Of a DNA stretch of 41,611 nucleotides, positions 19,456-26,801 are shown in pieces; within the stretch, counting starts at the first letter, position 1, and each line of letters opens with the position of its first letter. Under the pieces are notes generated by a model. It was given only the letters and a program-made list of their open reading frames with translations. It searched no databases and had not been told where the DNA came from. The translations under genes and the position numbers were made by a program. The stretch is from Bacillales bacterium UBA7029. GTDB lineage: Bacteria; Bacillota_I; Bacilli_A; RFN20; CAG-826. The stretch covers positions 1 through 41,611 of the forward strand of contig DLBE01000024.1 in assembly GCA_002494205.1 (NCBI GenBank), given 5' to 3'.

Positions 19456-20640
19456 TTAGTTAAGAACGTATGAGAGGAATTGTTTTATGGTTTCTTTATC
19501 GTTTTCGAACACAAACATAAAGAACTCATCCCCCATAGCTTGTCTAAAACTTTCTGGATAAAAGCCATGGTCTTTGAGGTTGTCTTTATATTTATTCATT
19601 ATGTCTTCGCTCGAGTGCGTATATTTAATTCCGAATTTTCTATTAATTGAGTAAGAAATTTTGTTCGTTTCGTTATCTAAATGGCAAACATTATCAACAA
19701 TCATTGAAGCATAAGCTTCATAATAGTCAGTTTTTGCCACTAAATTGAGGAGTTCAGGTGTTTCTCCTCCAGGTGATCTCAAGTTAATTTCAAGTCCAAC
19801 AATTTCGCCTTTCTTTGCAAAGCCCGGTTTGTCTGAATTGAGCTTGAATAGTTCGGTGTGGAAACATCTAGATTGAACATTGAATGCTTTAATAATTCTT
19901 TCGCCCATTTGTCTATAGGTTTTTGGCATTTTTGATTCTGCAAAATAAAATACATCTAAGTTTTTAGAAACAACTTCTGCAATAGGTGTAGGGAAAGTTT
20001 CTTTAAAAGCCACAACAACTTCGGCATCTTTGTTTGAAATGCCGTCGAATGTGACAATACTTCCGTCTAAGAACTCTTCCATAATGTATTGTTCATTTGG
20101 TTTTACTTTATGAAAGTGTTTCAATTCTTCTTCGTTTCTAATTTTAAATGTATCGGCAGCGCCTACGCCTGAATCTGGTTTAGCAAAAACTGGGTAACCT
20201 ACTTGTTTAACAAATTTAAGACTTTCTTCAAATGAAGAAACAAGAATATATCTAGCAGTCTTTACGCCTGCTTCATTAAAATATTTTTTCATTCCTGATT
20301 TGGATTGATAATCAGCAAGTTCTTTAGGGCGATATCCACCTTTAATGTTGAACCATTCACGGTAGATCGCGTCGTTTTTCATCCAATATTCATTGTTGGA
20401 TTCAATATAATCAATTTGACCGTATTTATTCTTTAAATAATCAATTGTTTTAATCATCCAGTCTCTATTGTTCAAATTAGAGACATAACAATATTCAGTT
20501 AAATTATTCTTTAATTCGTCATTAAGTGTTTCGAATTTTTCATCTCCAATGCCTAAAACATTTATCCCTTTTGCTTTAAGTTCTTTAACAAAATGAGAAT
20601 AGATTCTTGGAAAATTTGGAGATATAAAAATGTAATTCAT
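19456..20640 (-). CDS. ATP-grasp family ligase, substrate unknown
   Basis: 394 aa with ATP-grasp organisation: YPVFAKPDSGVGAADTF, the acidic loop QYIMEEFLDG, and a late LEINLRSPGG segment. No closer family recognised. Confidence 0.7.
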   Translation of the reverse strand: MNYIFISPNFPRIYSHFVKELKAKGINVLGIGDEKFETLNDELKNNLTEYCYVSNLNNRDWMIKTIDYLKNKYGQIDYIESNNEYWMKNDAIYREWFNIKGGYRPKELADYQSKSGMKKYFNEAGVKTARYILVSSFEESLKFVKQVGYPVFAKPDSGVGAADTFKIRNEEELKHFHKVKPNEQYIMEEFLDGSIVTFDGISNKDAEVVVAFKETFPTPIAEVVSKNLDVFYFAESKMPKTYRQMGERIIKAFNVQSRCFHTELFKLNSDKPGFAKKGEIVGLEINLRSPGGETPELLNLVAKTDYYEAYASMIVDNVCHLDNETNKISYSINRKFGIKYTHSSEDIMNKYKDNLKDHGFYPESFRQAMGDEFFMFVFENDKETIKQFLSYVLN

Positions 20641-20649
20641 CTTTGGAGA

Positions 20650-20677
20650 ATTATAGTATTTTAAATATTTATTTCAA
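20650..20677 (-). promoter_or_regulatory. promoter of the 394-aa ATP-grasp gene
   Basis: On the minus strand: TTGAAA (20677-20672), a 16-nt spacer, TATAAT (20655-20650), then 9 nt to the ATG at 20640. No Shine-Dalgarno sequence. Confidence 0.6.
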
Positions 20678-20701
20678 ATACTTTCTATTATGAATTATAA
20701 T
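20673..20701 (+). promoter_or_regulatory. promoter of the RimK-like gene
   Basis: TTCAAA (20673-20678), a 17-nt spacer, TATAAT (20696-20701), then 11 nt to the ATG at 20713. No Shine-Dalgarno sequence. Its -35 box overlaps the -35 of the divergent promoter. Confidence 0.6.
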
Positions 20702-20712
20702 TAAGCAATCTT

Positions 20713-21582
20713 ATGAAAAAGGTTTTGATTGTAATAAATGGCTACGGCCTAGCAGGTGGAATTCAACACCAAGTTAAACGCTTAAAAGAAGAGTTTTCGA
20801 AACGTGGTGTCGAAGTTGAAATAATCAAAAATACCCAGGTTTTTGCATATATTTTCGAAGGAAACATCAAAATTTCATTACCAAAATACGACTTTGTTTT
20901 ATACCTTGATAAAGATAGATATGTTGCTGAATTATTAGAGAAAGCTGGCTACAAATTGTTTAATTCAATCGATTCAATAATTAAATGCGATGACAAAATG
21001 CTCACTCACATTTGTTTAGCGAATGAAGGAATTAAAATGCCAACATCAATTTCTTCAACTTTGTGCTACACAGACAACGGAAATCGCGATTACCTTAAAC
21101 CAGTCATTGAGAAAATTGGTCTTCCGATGATTGTAAAAGAAAACTATGGCTCATTAGGCAAACAAGTTTATTTTGCAGAGAACTATAACGAGTTATTAGA
21201 GATTGAAAATAGACTAATTCATGTCCCTCACATCTTCCAAGAGTTTATTTCTTCATCAAAAGGTAAAGATTACCGCATTATTGTTATTGGTGGAAAAGTT
21301 GTGGCCTACATGAAGAGAGAAAATCCAAATTCTTATCTTTCAAATTTAGCAACAGGGGGAAGTGCCTCAAAAGTAAAATTGCCAGGAAAATACCTAAAAA
21401 TTGCGGAGAAATGTGCCCATATTTTAGGTTTAGATTACTGTGGAGTCGATATTTTAGAAGGTCCAAACGGAGAACCGATTGTATCCGAAGTAAACTCTAA
21501 TGCTTTCTATGAAGGAATTGAAAAAACAACCGGCGTTAATGTTGCTGGTTGTTATGTAGATTATTTGCTAAATAAGAATTAA
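20713..21582 (+). CDS. RimK-family ATP-grasp ligase (alpha-L-glutamate-ligase-like)
   Basis: 289 aa with RimK-like layout: KCDDKMLTH, PMIVKENYGSLGKQVYF, DYRIIVIGGKVV, GLDYCGVDIL...VSEVNSNA. Confidence 0.8.
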   Translation: MKKVLIVINGYGLAGGIQHQVKRLKEEFSKRGVEVEIIKNTQVFAYIFEGNIKISLPKYDFVLYLDKDRYVAELLEKAGYKLFNSIDSIIKCDDKMLTHICLANEGIKMPTSISSTLCYTDNGNRDYLKPVIEKIGLPMIVKENYGSLGKQVYFAENYNELLEIENRLIHVPHIFQEFISSSKGKDYRIIVIGGKVVAYMKRENPNSYLSNLATGGSASKVKLPGKYLKIAEKCAHILGLDYCGVDILEGPNGEPIVSEVNSNAFYEGIEKTTGVNVAGCYVDYLLNKN

Positions 21583-22137
21583 CTATTTACAAGTTAGACC
21601 TTTAAGTCCATTGAGGACTTTTTCTTTTACTTCTGAGCCAACCAAATAATCAATAATTTCAAGAGCAAAAGGGATTGAGTATTGCATTGATCTTGCGGTG
21701 ATAATATTGCCGTCTCTTTCGACCTCTTTTCCTGTAAAATTACCGGAAATTCCTTCATTAAATCCTGCAAAACAGGTGAATTTCTTATTTTCTAAATAGC
21801 CATATTGACCAAGTACAGATGGTGCTGCACAAATAGCGCAAATAAGTTTGTTATGAAGTAAAAAATAATCAAGGTATGCTTTTAAAAATTCGCATTCCTT
21901 TAAATTTTTAGTGCCTCTTCCTCCGCCTGGAAGAATAATGAAGTCATATGGCTCAAGATCAAACATCAGTTTTAATAGGGCATCTGCTAAAATATGGAGC
22001 CCAAAACTACTTTCTACCTCTAATCTATCTGTTATTGAGCAAGTTTTAACTTCAAAACCCGCTCTCATAAGTACGTCTCTTGTTGTTAAAGCTTCTGTGT
22101 CTTCAAACCCGTCTGCTAAAATCATTAATCCTCTCAT
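21583..22137 (-). CDS. DJ-1/PfpI family protein
   Basis: 184 aa with the nucleophile-elbow motif AICAAPSVL and N-terminal ILADGFEDTEA typical of DJ-1/ThiJ. It abuts the RimK-like stop with zero gap. Confidence 0.85.
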   Translation of the reverse strand: MRGLMILADGFEDTEALTTRDVLMRAGFEVKTCSITDRLEVESSFGLHILADALLKLMFDLEPYDFIILPGGGRGTKNLKECEFLKAYLDYFLLHNKLICAICAAPSVLGQYGYLENKKFTCFAGFNEGISGNFTGKEVERDGNIITARSMQYSIPFALEIIDYLVGSEVKEKVLNGLKGLTCK

Positions 22138-22173
22138 ATGTATACCTCTATCAAATATGATATACTTAAAAGC

Positions 22174-22827
22174 ATGAAAAAGAAGATTTTGTTACTCCCA
22201 TTATTATCCATCGCGCTTGTTGGTTGTTCTTTTGAAGATTTGATGTTTTGGAAAAAGAAAGACAACGAACAGAGCGAGAAGGAAAAGGAACAAGAACAAG
22301 AACAAACTCAAGACGAACCAAAAAATTATAAAACCCTGACAATTGAAACTTTCGGTGATGGTTTAGACGAATTTTTGAATGATGCCGGTCATGTTTCTGA
22401 CTGCTTAGACGAATTTACGAATTATCTTAAAAATCAATCAACAGCTAATCTAATTACCAGTGTTGCAATTGAAAATTTGCATGGTAGAGAATGGGATGAC
22501 AATTTATATTTGCAATTTGGTTCCGGACAACAAGCAATTGGATCTTTAGACATTAACTTTGCCAATAAAGTTTATAAGGTAGATGCAAAAGTTTTATGCT
22601 ACTCAAAAACCTTTATTCCGGGTGGGCAAACTGAACCTATCACAAATGTTGATAGTTGGTCTCATTTTTCTATTAATGGAAAAGATAACGCACTTAGCTA
22701 CGACGAATCTAGAGGAATAGAAGTTTTTACATTTAGCAATGATATAAGTACAGGTACAAACACCGTTACGCTAGCATCATCAATGGGACGTGTATTGATG
22801 AAAGAATTTACTATTTATTACTTATAA
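22174..22827 (+). CDS. lipoprotein of unknown function, sharing its N-terminal module with the 13558-15579 lipoprotein
   Basis: Start taken at the ATG at 22174 (MKKKILLLPLLSIALVGC lipobox); the ORF-track start at 22138 would overlap the DJ-1 start. EQ/EK-rich linker follows. Confidence 0.7.
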   Translation: MKKKILLLPLLSIALVGCSFEDLMFWKKKDNEQSEKEKEQEQEQTQDEPKNYKTLTIETFGDGLDEFLNDAGHVSDCLDEFTNYLKNQSTANLITSVAIENLHGREWDDNLYLQFGSGQQAIGSLDINFANKVYKVDAKVLCYSKTFIPGGQTEPITNVDSWSHFSINGKDNALSYDESRGIEVFTFSNDISTGTNTVTLASSMGRVLMKEFTIYYL

Positions 22828-22830
22828 AAA

Positions 22831-23007
22831 ATGAAATTAACTGACGATCAAATTAGGTCAATTATGACAAAGGAATCTAAGTCGAAAACATTGCTTATAG
22901 ATTCAAAAAACGCAGGAAAAACCATAGAATTTTACGAAAAAGACGGCTGGAAACTTGTAAAGCAAAGTGAAGTAAACGGCAGAACCAAATTGACTTTCAT
23001 TAAGTAA
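22831..23007 (+). CDS. small 58-aa protein, below the ORF-track cutoff (DUF4177-like by eye)
   Basis: ATG 3 nt after the lipoprotein stop. Translation: MKLTDDQIRSIMTKESKSKTLLIDSKNAGKTIEFYEKDGWKLVKQSEVNGRTKLTFIK. No frame interruption. Family call is weak. Confidence 0.4.
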   Translation: MKLTDDQIRSIMTKESKSKTLLIDSKNAGKTIEFYEKDGWKLVKQSEVNGRTKLTFIK

Positions 23008-23093
23008 GTCAAAGAGGCAATGCCTTTTTTCTTTACAAAGTAGCCTTGAATAATTTATATTATTTGTGTTCGCATTTTAGGAGGACATATTGA

Positions 23094-23786
23094 ATGCAAT
23101 ATACAAAAGATGTTGAAAATATGTGCAAAGTTAATTGTGGCGCCTCTCACGGATGTGCTCCGATTCCTGAGGAAGGAAAATGGGTCTATTCGAGAAAGAT
23201 TGAAGATATTAGTGGTTTTACCCACGGTATCGGATGGTGTGCTCCACAACAAGGTGCATGTAAAATTACCTTAAACGTTAAAAAAGGAATTATCGAAGAA
23301 GCTTTAATTGAAACAATCGGTTGTTCTGGTATGACACACTCAGCTGCTATGGCTAGCGAAGCTATTGTTGGTAAAACTGTTCTTGAAGCATGTAATACTG
23401 ACTTAGTTTGTGACGCTATCAACACAGCTATGAGAGAATTGTTCTTACAAATTATCTATGGTCGTACACAATCAGCTTTCTCAGAAAACGGATTAGCTGT
23501 TGGTGCAGGTCTTGAAGACTTAGGTAAAGGACTCCGTTCACAAGTTGGAACTCTTTACGCAACAAAAGAAAAAGGTCCACGTTACCTTGAATTAACCGAA
23601 GGTTACATTACTTCTATGGCTTTAGATGAAAATAATGAAATCTGTGGTTATCAATATCTTTCACTTGGTAAATTCACTGACTTCTTAAAGAAGGGTGATA
23701 GCCCAGAAGTCGCCTTAGAAAAGGCAAAAGGCCAATATGGTCGTTATAACGATGGTGTCAAGTTCATTGACCCACGTAAGGAATAG
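23094..23786 (+). CDS. IscU/NifU-N-like iron-sulfur scaffold-type protein, partner of the GGGtGRT protein
   Basis: AGGAGG Shine-Dalgarno 8 nt upstream. Scaffold-like Cys pattern (WCAPQQGAC ... IGCSGMTHSAAMASEAIVGKTVLEA). Arg is coded almost only by CGT. Confidence 0.75.
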   Translation: MQYTKDVENMCKVNCGASHGCAPIPEEGKWVYSRKIEDISGFTHGIGWCAPQQGACKITLNVKKGIIEEALIETIGCSGMTHSAAMASEAIVGKTVLEACNTDLVCDAINTAMRELFLQIIYGRTQSAFSENGLAVGAGLEDLGKGLRSQVGTLYATKEKGPRYLELTEGYITSMALDENNEICGYQYLSLGKFTDFLKKGDSPEVALEKAKGQYGRYNDGVKFIDPRKE

Positions 23787-23798
23787 GAGGCAAGAACA

Positions 23799-24803
23799 AT
23801 GGCTTTATTTGAAGGTTATGAAAGAAGAATCGCTCAAATCAATAAATGCTTAAACGAGAATGGTATTGCCTCAATCGAAGAAGCAGAAAAGATTTGTAAA
23901 GACAAAGGCTTAGATGTTTACCAAATGGTAAAAGATATCCAAGTTATTTGTTTCGAAAATGCATGCTGGGCATACACTGTTGGTGCAGCCTTAGCAATTA
24001 AAAACAAAGCAAAAGATGCTGCAGAAGCAGCTAAATGGATTGGTGTTGGTTTACAATCATTCTGTATCCCAGGATCAGTCGCTGATGATAGAAAAGTTGG
24101 CTTAGGCCACGGTAACTTAGGTGCAATGTTACTTTCTGAAGAAACCAAATGCTTTGCATTCTTAGCAGGTCACGAATCATTCGCCGCTGCTGAAGGTGCT
24201 ATTGGTATTGCAAAGAAAGCAAACAAAGTCCGTAAAGAACCATTAAGAGTTATCTTAAACGGTTTAGGAAAAGATGCAGCTAAGATCATCGCAAGAGTAA
24301 ATGGATTTACCCATGTTGAAACTCAATTTGACTATTTCACTGGTAAAGTTAAGATTGTTAAAGAAACCAAATACGGCAACAATCCAGATAGATTAGCAGT
24401 TCGTTGCTATGGCGCAGATGATGTCCGTGAAGGTGTTGCAATTATGCATCTTGAAGGCGTTGATGTTTCTATTACTGGTAACTCAACCAACCCAACCAGA
24501 TTCCAACACCCAGTCGCAGGTACATACAAGAAAGAATGCATTGAACAAGGTAAGAAATACTTCTCAGTCGCATCTGGTGGTGGTACCGGTCGTACACTTC
24601 ACCCAGACAACATGGCAGCAGGTCCAGCTTCATATGGTATGACAGATACAATGGGTCGTATGCACTCTGATGCTCAATTCGCAGGATCAAGCTCAGTACC
24701 AGCACACGTTGAAATGATGGGCTTAATAGGTATGGGTAACAACCCAATGGTTGGCGCTACAGTCGCAGTTGCTGTCTCTGTCGCTCAAGCATTAGCAAAA
24801 TAA
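23799..24803 (+). CDS. GGGtGRT family protein (uncharacterised)
   Basis: The family-naming motif GGGTGRT is at nt 24576-24596 (ASGGGTGRTLHPDN). AGGAGG Shine-Dalgarno upstream. 334 aa. Confidence 0.85.
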   Translation: MALFEGYERRIAQINKCLNENGIASIEEAEKICKDKGLDVYQMVKDIQVICFENACWAYTVGAALAIKNKAKDAAEAAKWIGVGLQSFCIPGSVADDRKVGLGHGNLGAMLLSEETKCFAFLAGHESFAAAEGAIGIAKKANKVRKEPLRVILNGLGKDAAKIIARVNGFTHVETQFDYFTGKVKIVKETKYGNNPDRLAVRCYGADDVREGVAIMHLEGVDVSITGNSTNPTRFQHPVAGTYKKECIEQGKKYFSVASGGGTGRTLHPDNMAAGPASYGMTDTMGRMHSDAQFAGSSSVPAHVEMMGLIGMGNNPMVGATVAVAVSVAQALAK

Positions 24804-24822
24804 TTAAATCTGTGATTTAATA

Positions 24823-24847
24823 AGACACTCGAAAGGGTGTCTTTTTT
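24823..24847 (+). terminator. rho-independent terminator of the IscU-like/GGGtGRT operon
   Basis: AGACACTC-gaaa-GGGTGTCT (one G-U pair) followed by TTTTTT. Confidence 0.85.
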
Positions 24848-24910
24848 CTAACACTCATAGAGTGCAAGTGCTTGACTCTCTCTTTAGAATTAAAAAAGAG
24901 GAGGATCTTT

Positions 24911-25126
24911 ATGGTTTGTCCACATTGCAATAGTGAGAATGTTCAAGTAAATACAACGACCTATAATAAAAGTCAGAGTAGATCTTTCTTATGGAACTTG
25001 ATAATGAAAGTGATTACAAGCGGACTCTGGTTAATTTGGATGCTTGTAAGAAAAAAGAAAGAAGTGCTTGTGACACAAACAACTGCTGTTTGCCAAAACT
25101 GTGGTTATAGTTGGAAAATTAAATAA
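24911..25126 (+). CDS. small zinc-ribbon membrane protein (71 aa)
   Basis: GAGGAGG Shine-Dalgarno 7 nt upstream of the ATG at 24911. CPHC ... CQNC pairs flank one TM (FLWNLIMKVITSGLWLIWMLV). The ORF-track TTG start at 24872 is rejected. Confidence 0.6.
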   Translation: MVCPHCNSENVQVNTTTYNKSQSRSFLWNLIMKVITSGLWLIWMLVRKKKEVLVTQTTAVCQNCGYSWKIK

Positions 25127-25200
25127 ATATTTAATTAATTATAAAGAAATTATTATAAATTCTTTGTAAAGATTTATTATTTTTAAAATAATCTAATTGC

Positions 25201-25270
25201 CATTAATAGCGAGTAACAACCTAGTGGTTGGTGTAACAGTCTGTTGCTCAAGAATTAGCAAAATAATTAA
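25201..25270 (+). pseudogene. degenerate duplicate of the last ~85 nt of the GGGtGRT gene (relic 3' end including the stop codon)
   Basis: By-eye alignment to 24723-24807 gives three blocks (7/7, 24/29, 27/29 identical). They are separated by a 3-nt and a ~14-nt gap and end in the same ...GCTCAAG-ATTAGCAAAATAATTAA. Confidence 0.7.
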
Positions 25271-25383
25271 TTTAATTTAAATTTAGGCGCTGGAAATGGC
25301 GCCTCTCATTGTGAAAATAAAGAAATTTCAATGTCTTTTTGTGTATGTATTTTGCCATTTTTGATATATTGTAGTATATTAAA

Positions 25384-25412
25384 TTGACACTTTTAGGTAC
25401 ACAAACTATAAT
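25384..25412 (+). promoter_or_regulatory. consensus sigma-70 promoter driving a leaderless DUF3990 transcript
   Basis: TTGACA (25384-25389), a 17-nt spacer, TATAAT (25407-25412), then exactly 6 nt to the ATG at 25419. No Shine-Dalgarno sequence. Confidence 0.75.
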
Positions 25413-25418
25413 ATTGAC

Positions 25419-26075
25419 ATGGAAAGAATTATCTATCACGGTAGTGAATTTATAATTGAAAAGCCTTTATATGGTAAAGGTAATATTCATAACGATTATG
25501 GACTTGGTTTTTACTGTTGTTCAAATAAAGAACTCGCAAAAGAATGGGCCGCTAAGAAAACAGGGTCAGGATTTATTAATAAATATAGTATTAGAGACGA
25601 TAGGTTAAAAATTCTCGACTTAACAAAACCACCACACAATGACGTTTTGCATTGGATCGCTTTATTAATGCATAATCGTGAACTCTCAAGTGATTTAAAA
25701 GATAATTTCCCAAAAGAACTAAAATATTTGGAAGAAAAATATCTCATTGATGTCTCGGATTATGACATTGTAATAGGTTATAGAGCAGACGATAGCTATT
25801 TCCGATTCCCAGAATCTTTTGTAAGAAGTGAGATAACATTAGAGTCACTTAACAAAATTTTTCAGGCTGGAGATTTAGGAAAGCAATATGTCTTAATTTC
25901 TCAAAGAGCATTTAATTTGGTTCATTTTTTAAGTTACGAGGAAGCTCTTGAACAGTCGAAAATTGATTATTATAAAAGAAAAAGCGGCGCTGATAAATTG
26001 TATGCTGATTTATTGAAGGAAGATCGTTATTTAAAAGGAACAAGACTTAGAGACCTAATAACTGATTATGAGTAA
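25419..26075 (+). CDS. DUF3990-family protein (ADP-ribosyltransferase-fold-like), candidate toxin/effector
   Basis: N-terminal IIYHGSE, then DYGLGFYCCS...AKEWA, then DIVIGYRADDSYF. These match my recollection of DUF3990 and resemble the HGS / GxGxY motifs of H-Y-E ADP-ribosyltransferases. Confidence 0.75.
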   Translation: MERIIYHGSEFIIEKPLYGKGNIHNDYGLGFYCCSNKELAKEWAAKKTGSGFINKYSIRDDRLKILDLTKPPHNDVLHWIALLMHNRELSSDLKDNFPKELKYLEEKYLIDVSDYDIVIGYRADDSYFRFPESFVRSEITLESLNKIFQAGDLGKQYVLISQRAFNLVHFLSYEEALEQSKIDYYKRKSGADKLYADLLKEDRYLKGTRLRDLITDYE

Positions 26076-26661
26076 TTTTGATGTGAAAAAAGTTAAAGAA
26101 ATATTTTGTAGATTATTTGTTTTAGCGACCGAAAATAAAATGAATTTGGAAGCATTCACAAATCATCTTGCTAAAAGCAACTTTGCTAGTAGTATTGAAA
26201 ACAATTCATTTTCAGATTCTTTTAATCTTCCTCTTGAAAAAGTTTTTTATGAGATTACTGGCAATAACATTGATAAGGATACGAGTTTTGGAGTTTTTAA
26301 TGATGCTTATTGGTGTGGATATTCCTATTTTGAGATTCAACAACGAACAAGGAAGTCATTCGCTTTAATATTCTTAAAATTACCATTTGCAAAACTTATA
26401 GATTTATATCCGATATACCATGAAATGGATATCACATCACTTTTGGATTTTTTTAATAAACTTAATGCAGATAAAACGATTTTGCGATTGCTTTGTCAAA
26501 AAAATAACTGTTCTTTAAAAGAATTAAGCAATAAAACGGGCATTAATAAGGCAACACTTGCGAAATACAACGCAAACGACGAATATCTTCTTAAAGCATC
26601 ATTCAACAATGTATATAGAATTGCTAACTATTTTGATGTACCATACTCATTATTTTTGTGA
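26068..26661 (+). CDS. protein with C-terminal XRE-type helix-turn-helix, candidate antitoxin/regulator of the DUF3990 gene
   Basis: 8-nt overlap with the DUF3990 stop (ATGAGTAA). The C-terminal segment CSLKELSNKTGINKATLAKYNAND...NVYRIANYFDVPYSLF is HTH_XRE-like. The ~130 N-terminal aa are not recognised. Confidence 0.65.
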   Translation: MSNFDVKKVKEIFCRLFVLATENKMNLEAFTNHLAKSNFASSIENNSFSDSFNLPLEKVFYEITGNNIDKDTSFGVFNDAYWCGYSYFEIQQRTRKSFALIFLKLPFAKLIDLYPIYHEMDITSLLDFFNKLNADKTILRLLCQKNNCSLKELSNKTGINKATLAKYNANDEYLLKASFNNVYRIANYFDVPYSLFL

Positions 26662-26801
26662 CAGATTTTGAAAATTCTCAAAACACAAAAGATATAAACG
26701 TTTTGAGTAAGGATCATTCGAAAGAAGGCATGTAACCTCAAACGACTTAAAACTTAGTAATTTTTGTCTACAAAGTTGTATAATTTTAACGAGGTCGTTT
26801 T

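Noticed and set aside
19456-21582. ATP-grasp genes next to ABC exporters, considered as a graspetide/RiPP cluster
   Set aside because: There is no candidate precursor-peptide ORF in the flanking intergenic regions (19400-19455, 20641-20712). The exporters are standard heterodimeric multidrug-type proteins lacking a peptidase domain.
26677-26707. Hairpin CTCAAAAC-N15-GTTTTGAG after the HTH gene, considered as the terminator of the DUF3990 module
   Set aside because: The stem is perfect at 8 bp, but it is AT-rich with a large loop and no following U-tract. It is not convincing as an intrinsic terminator.
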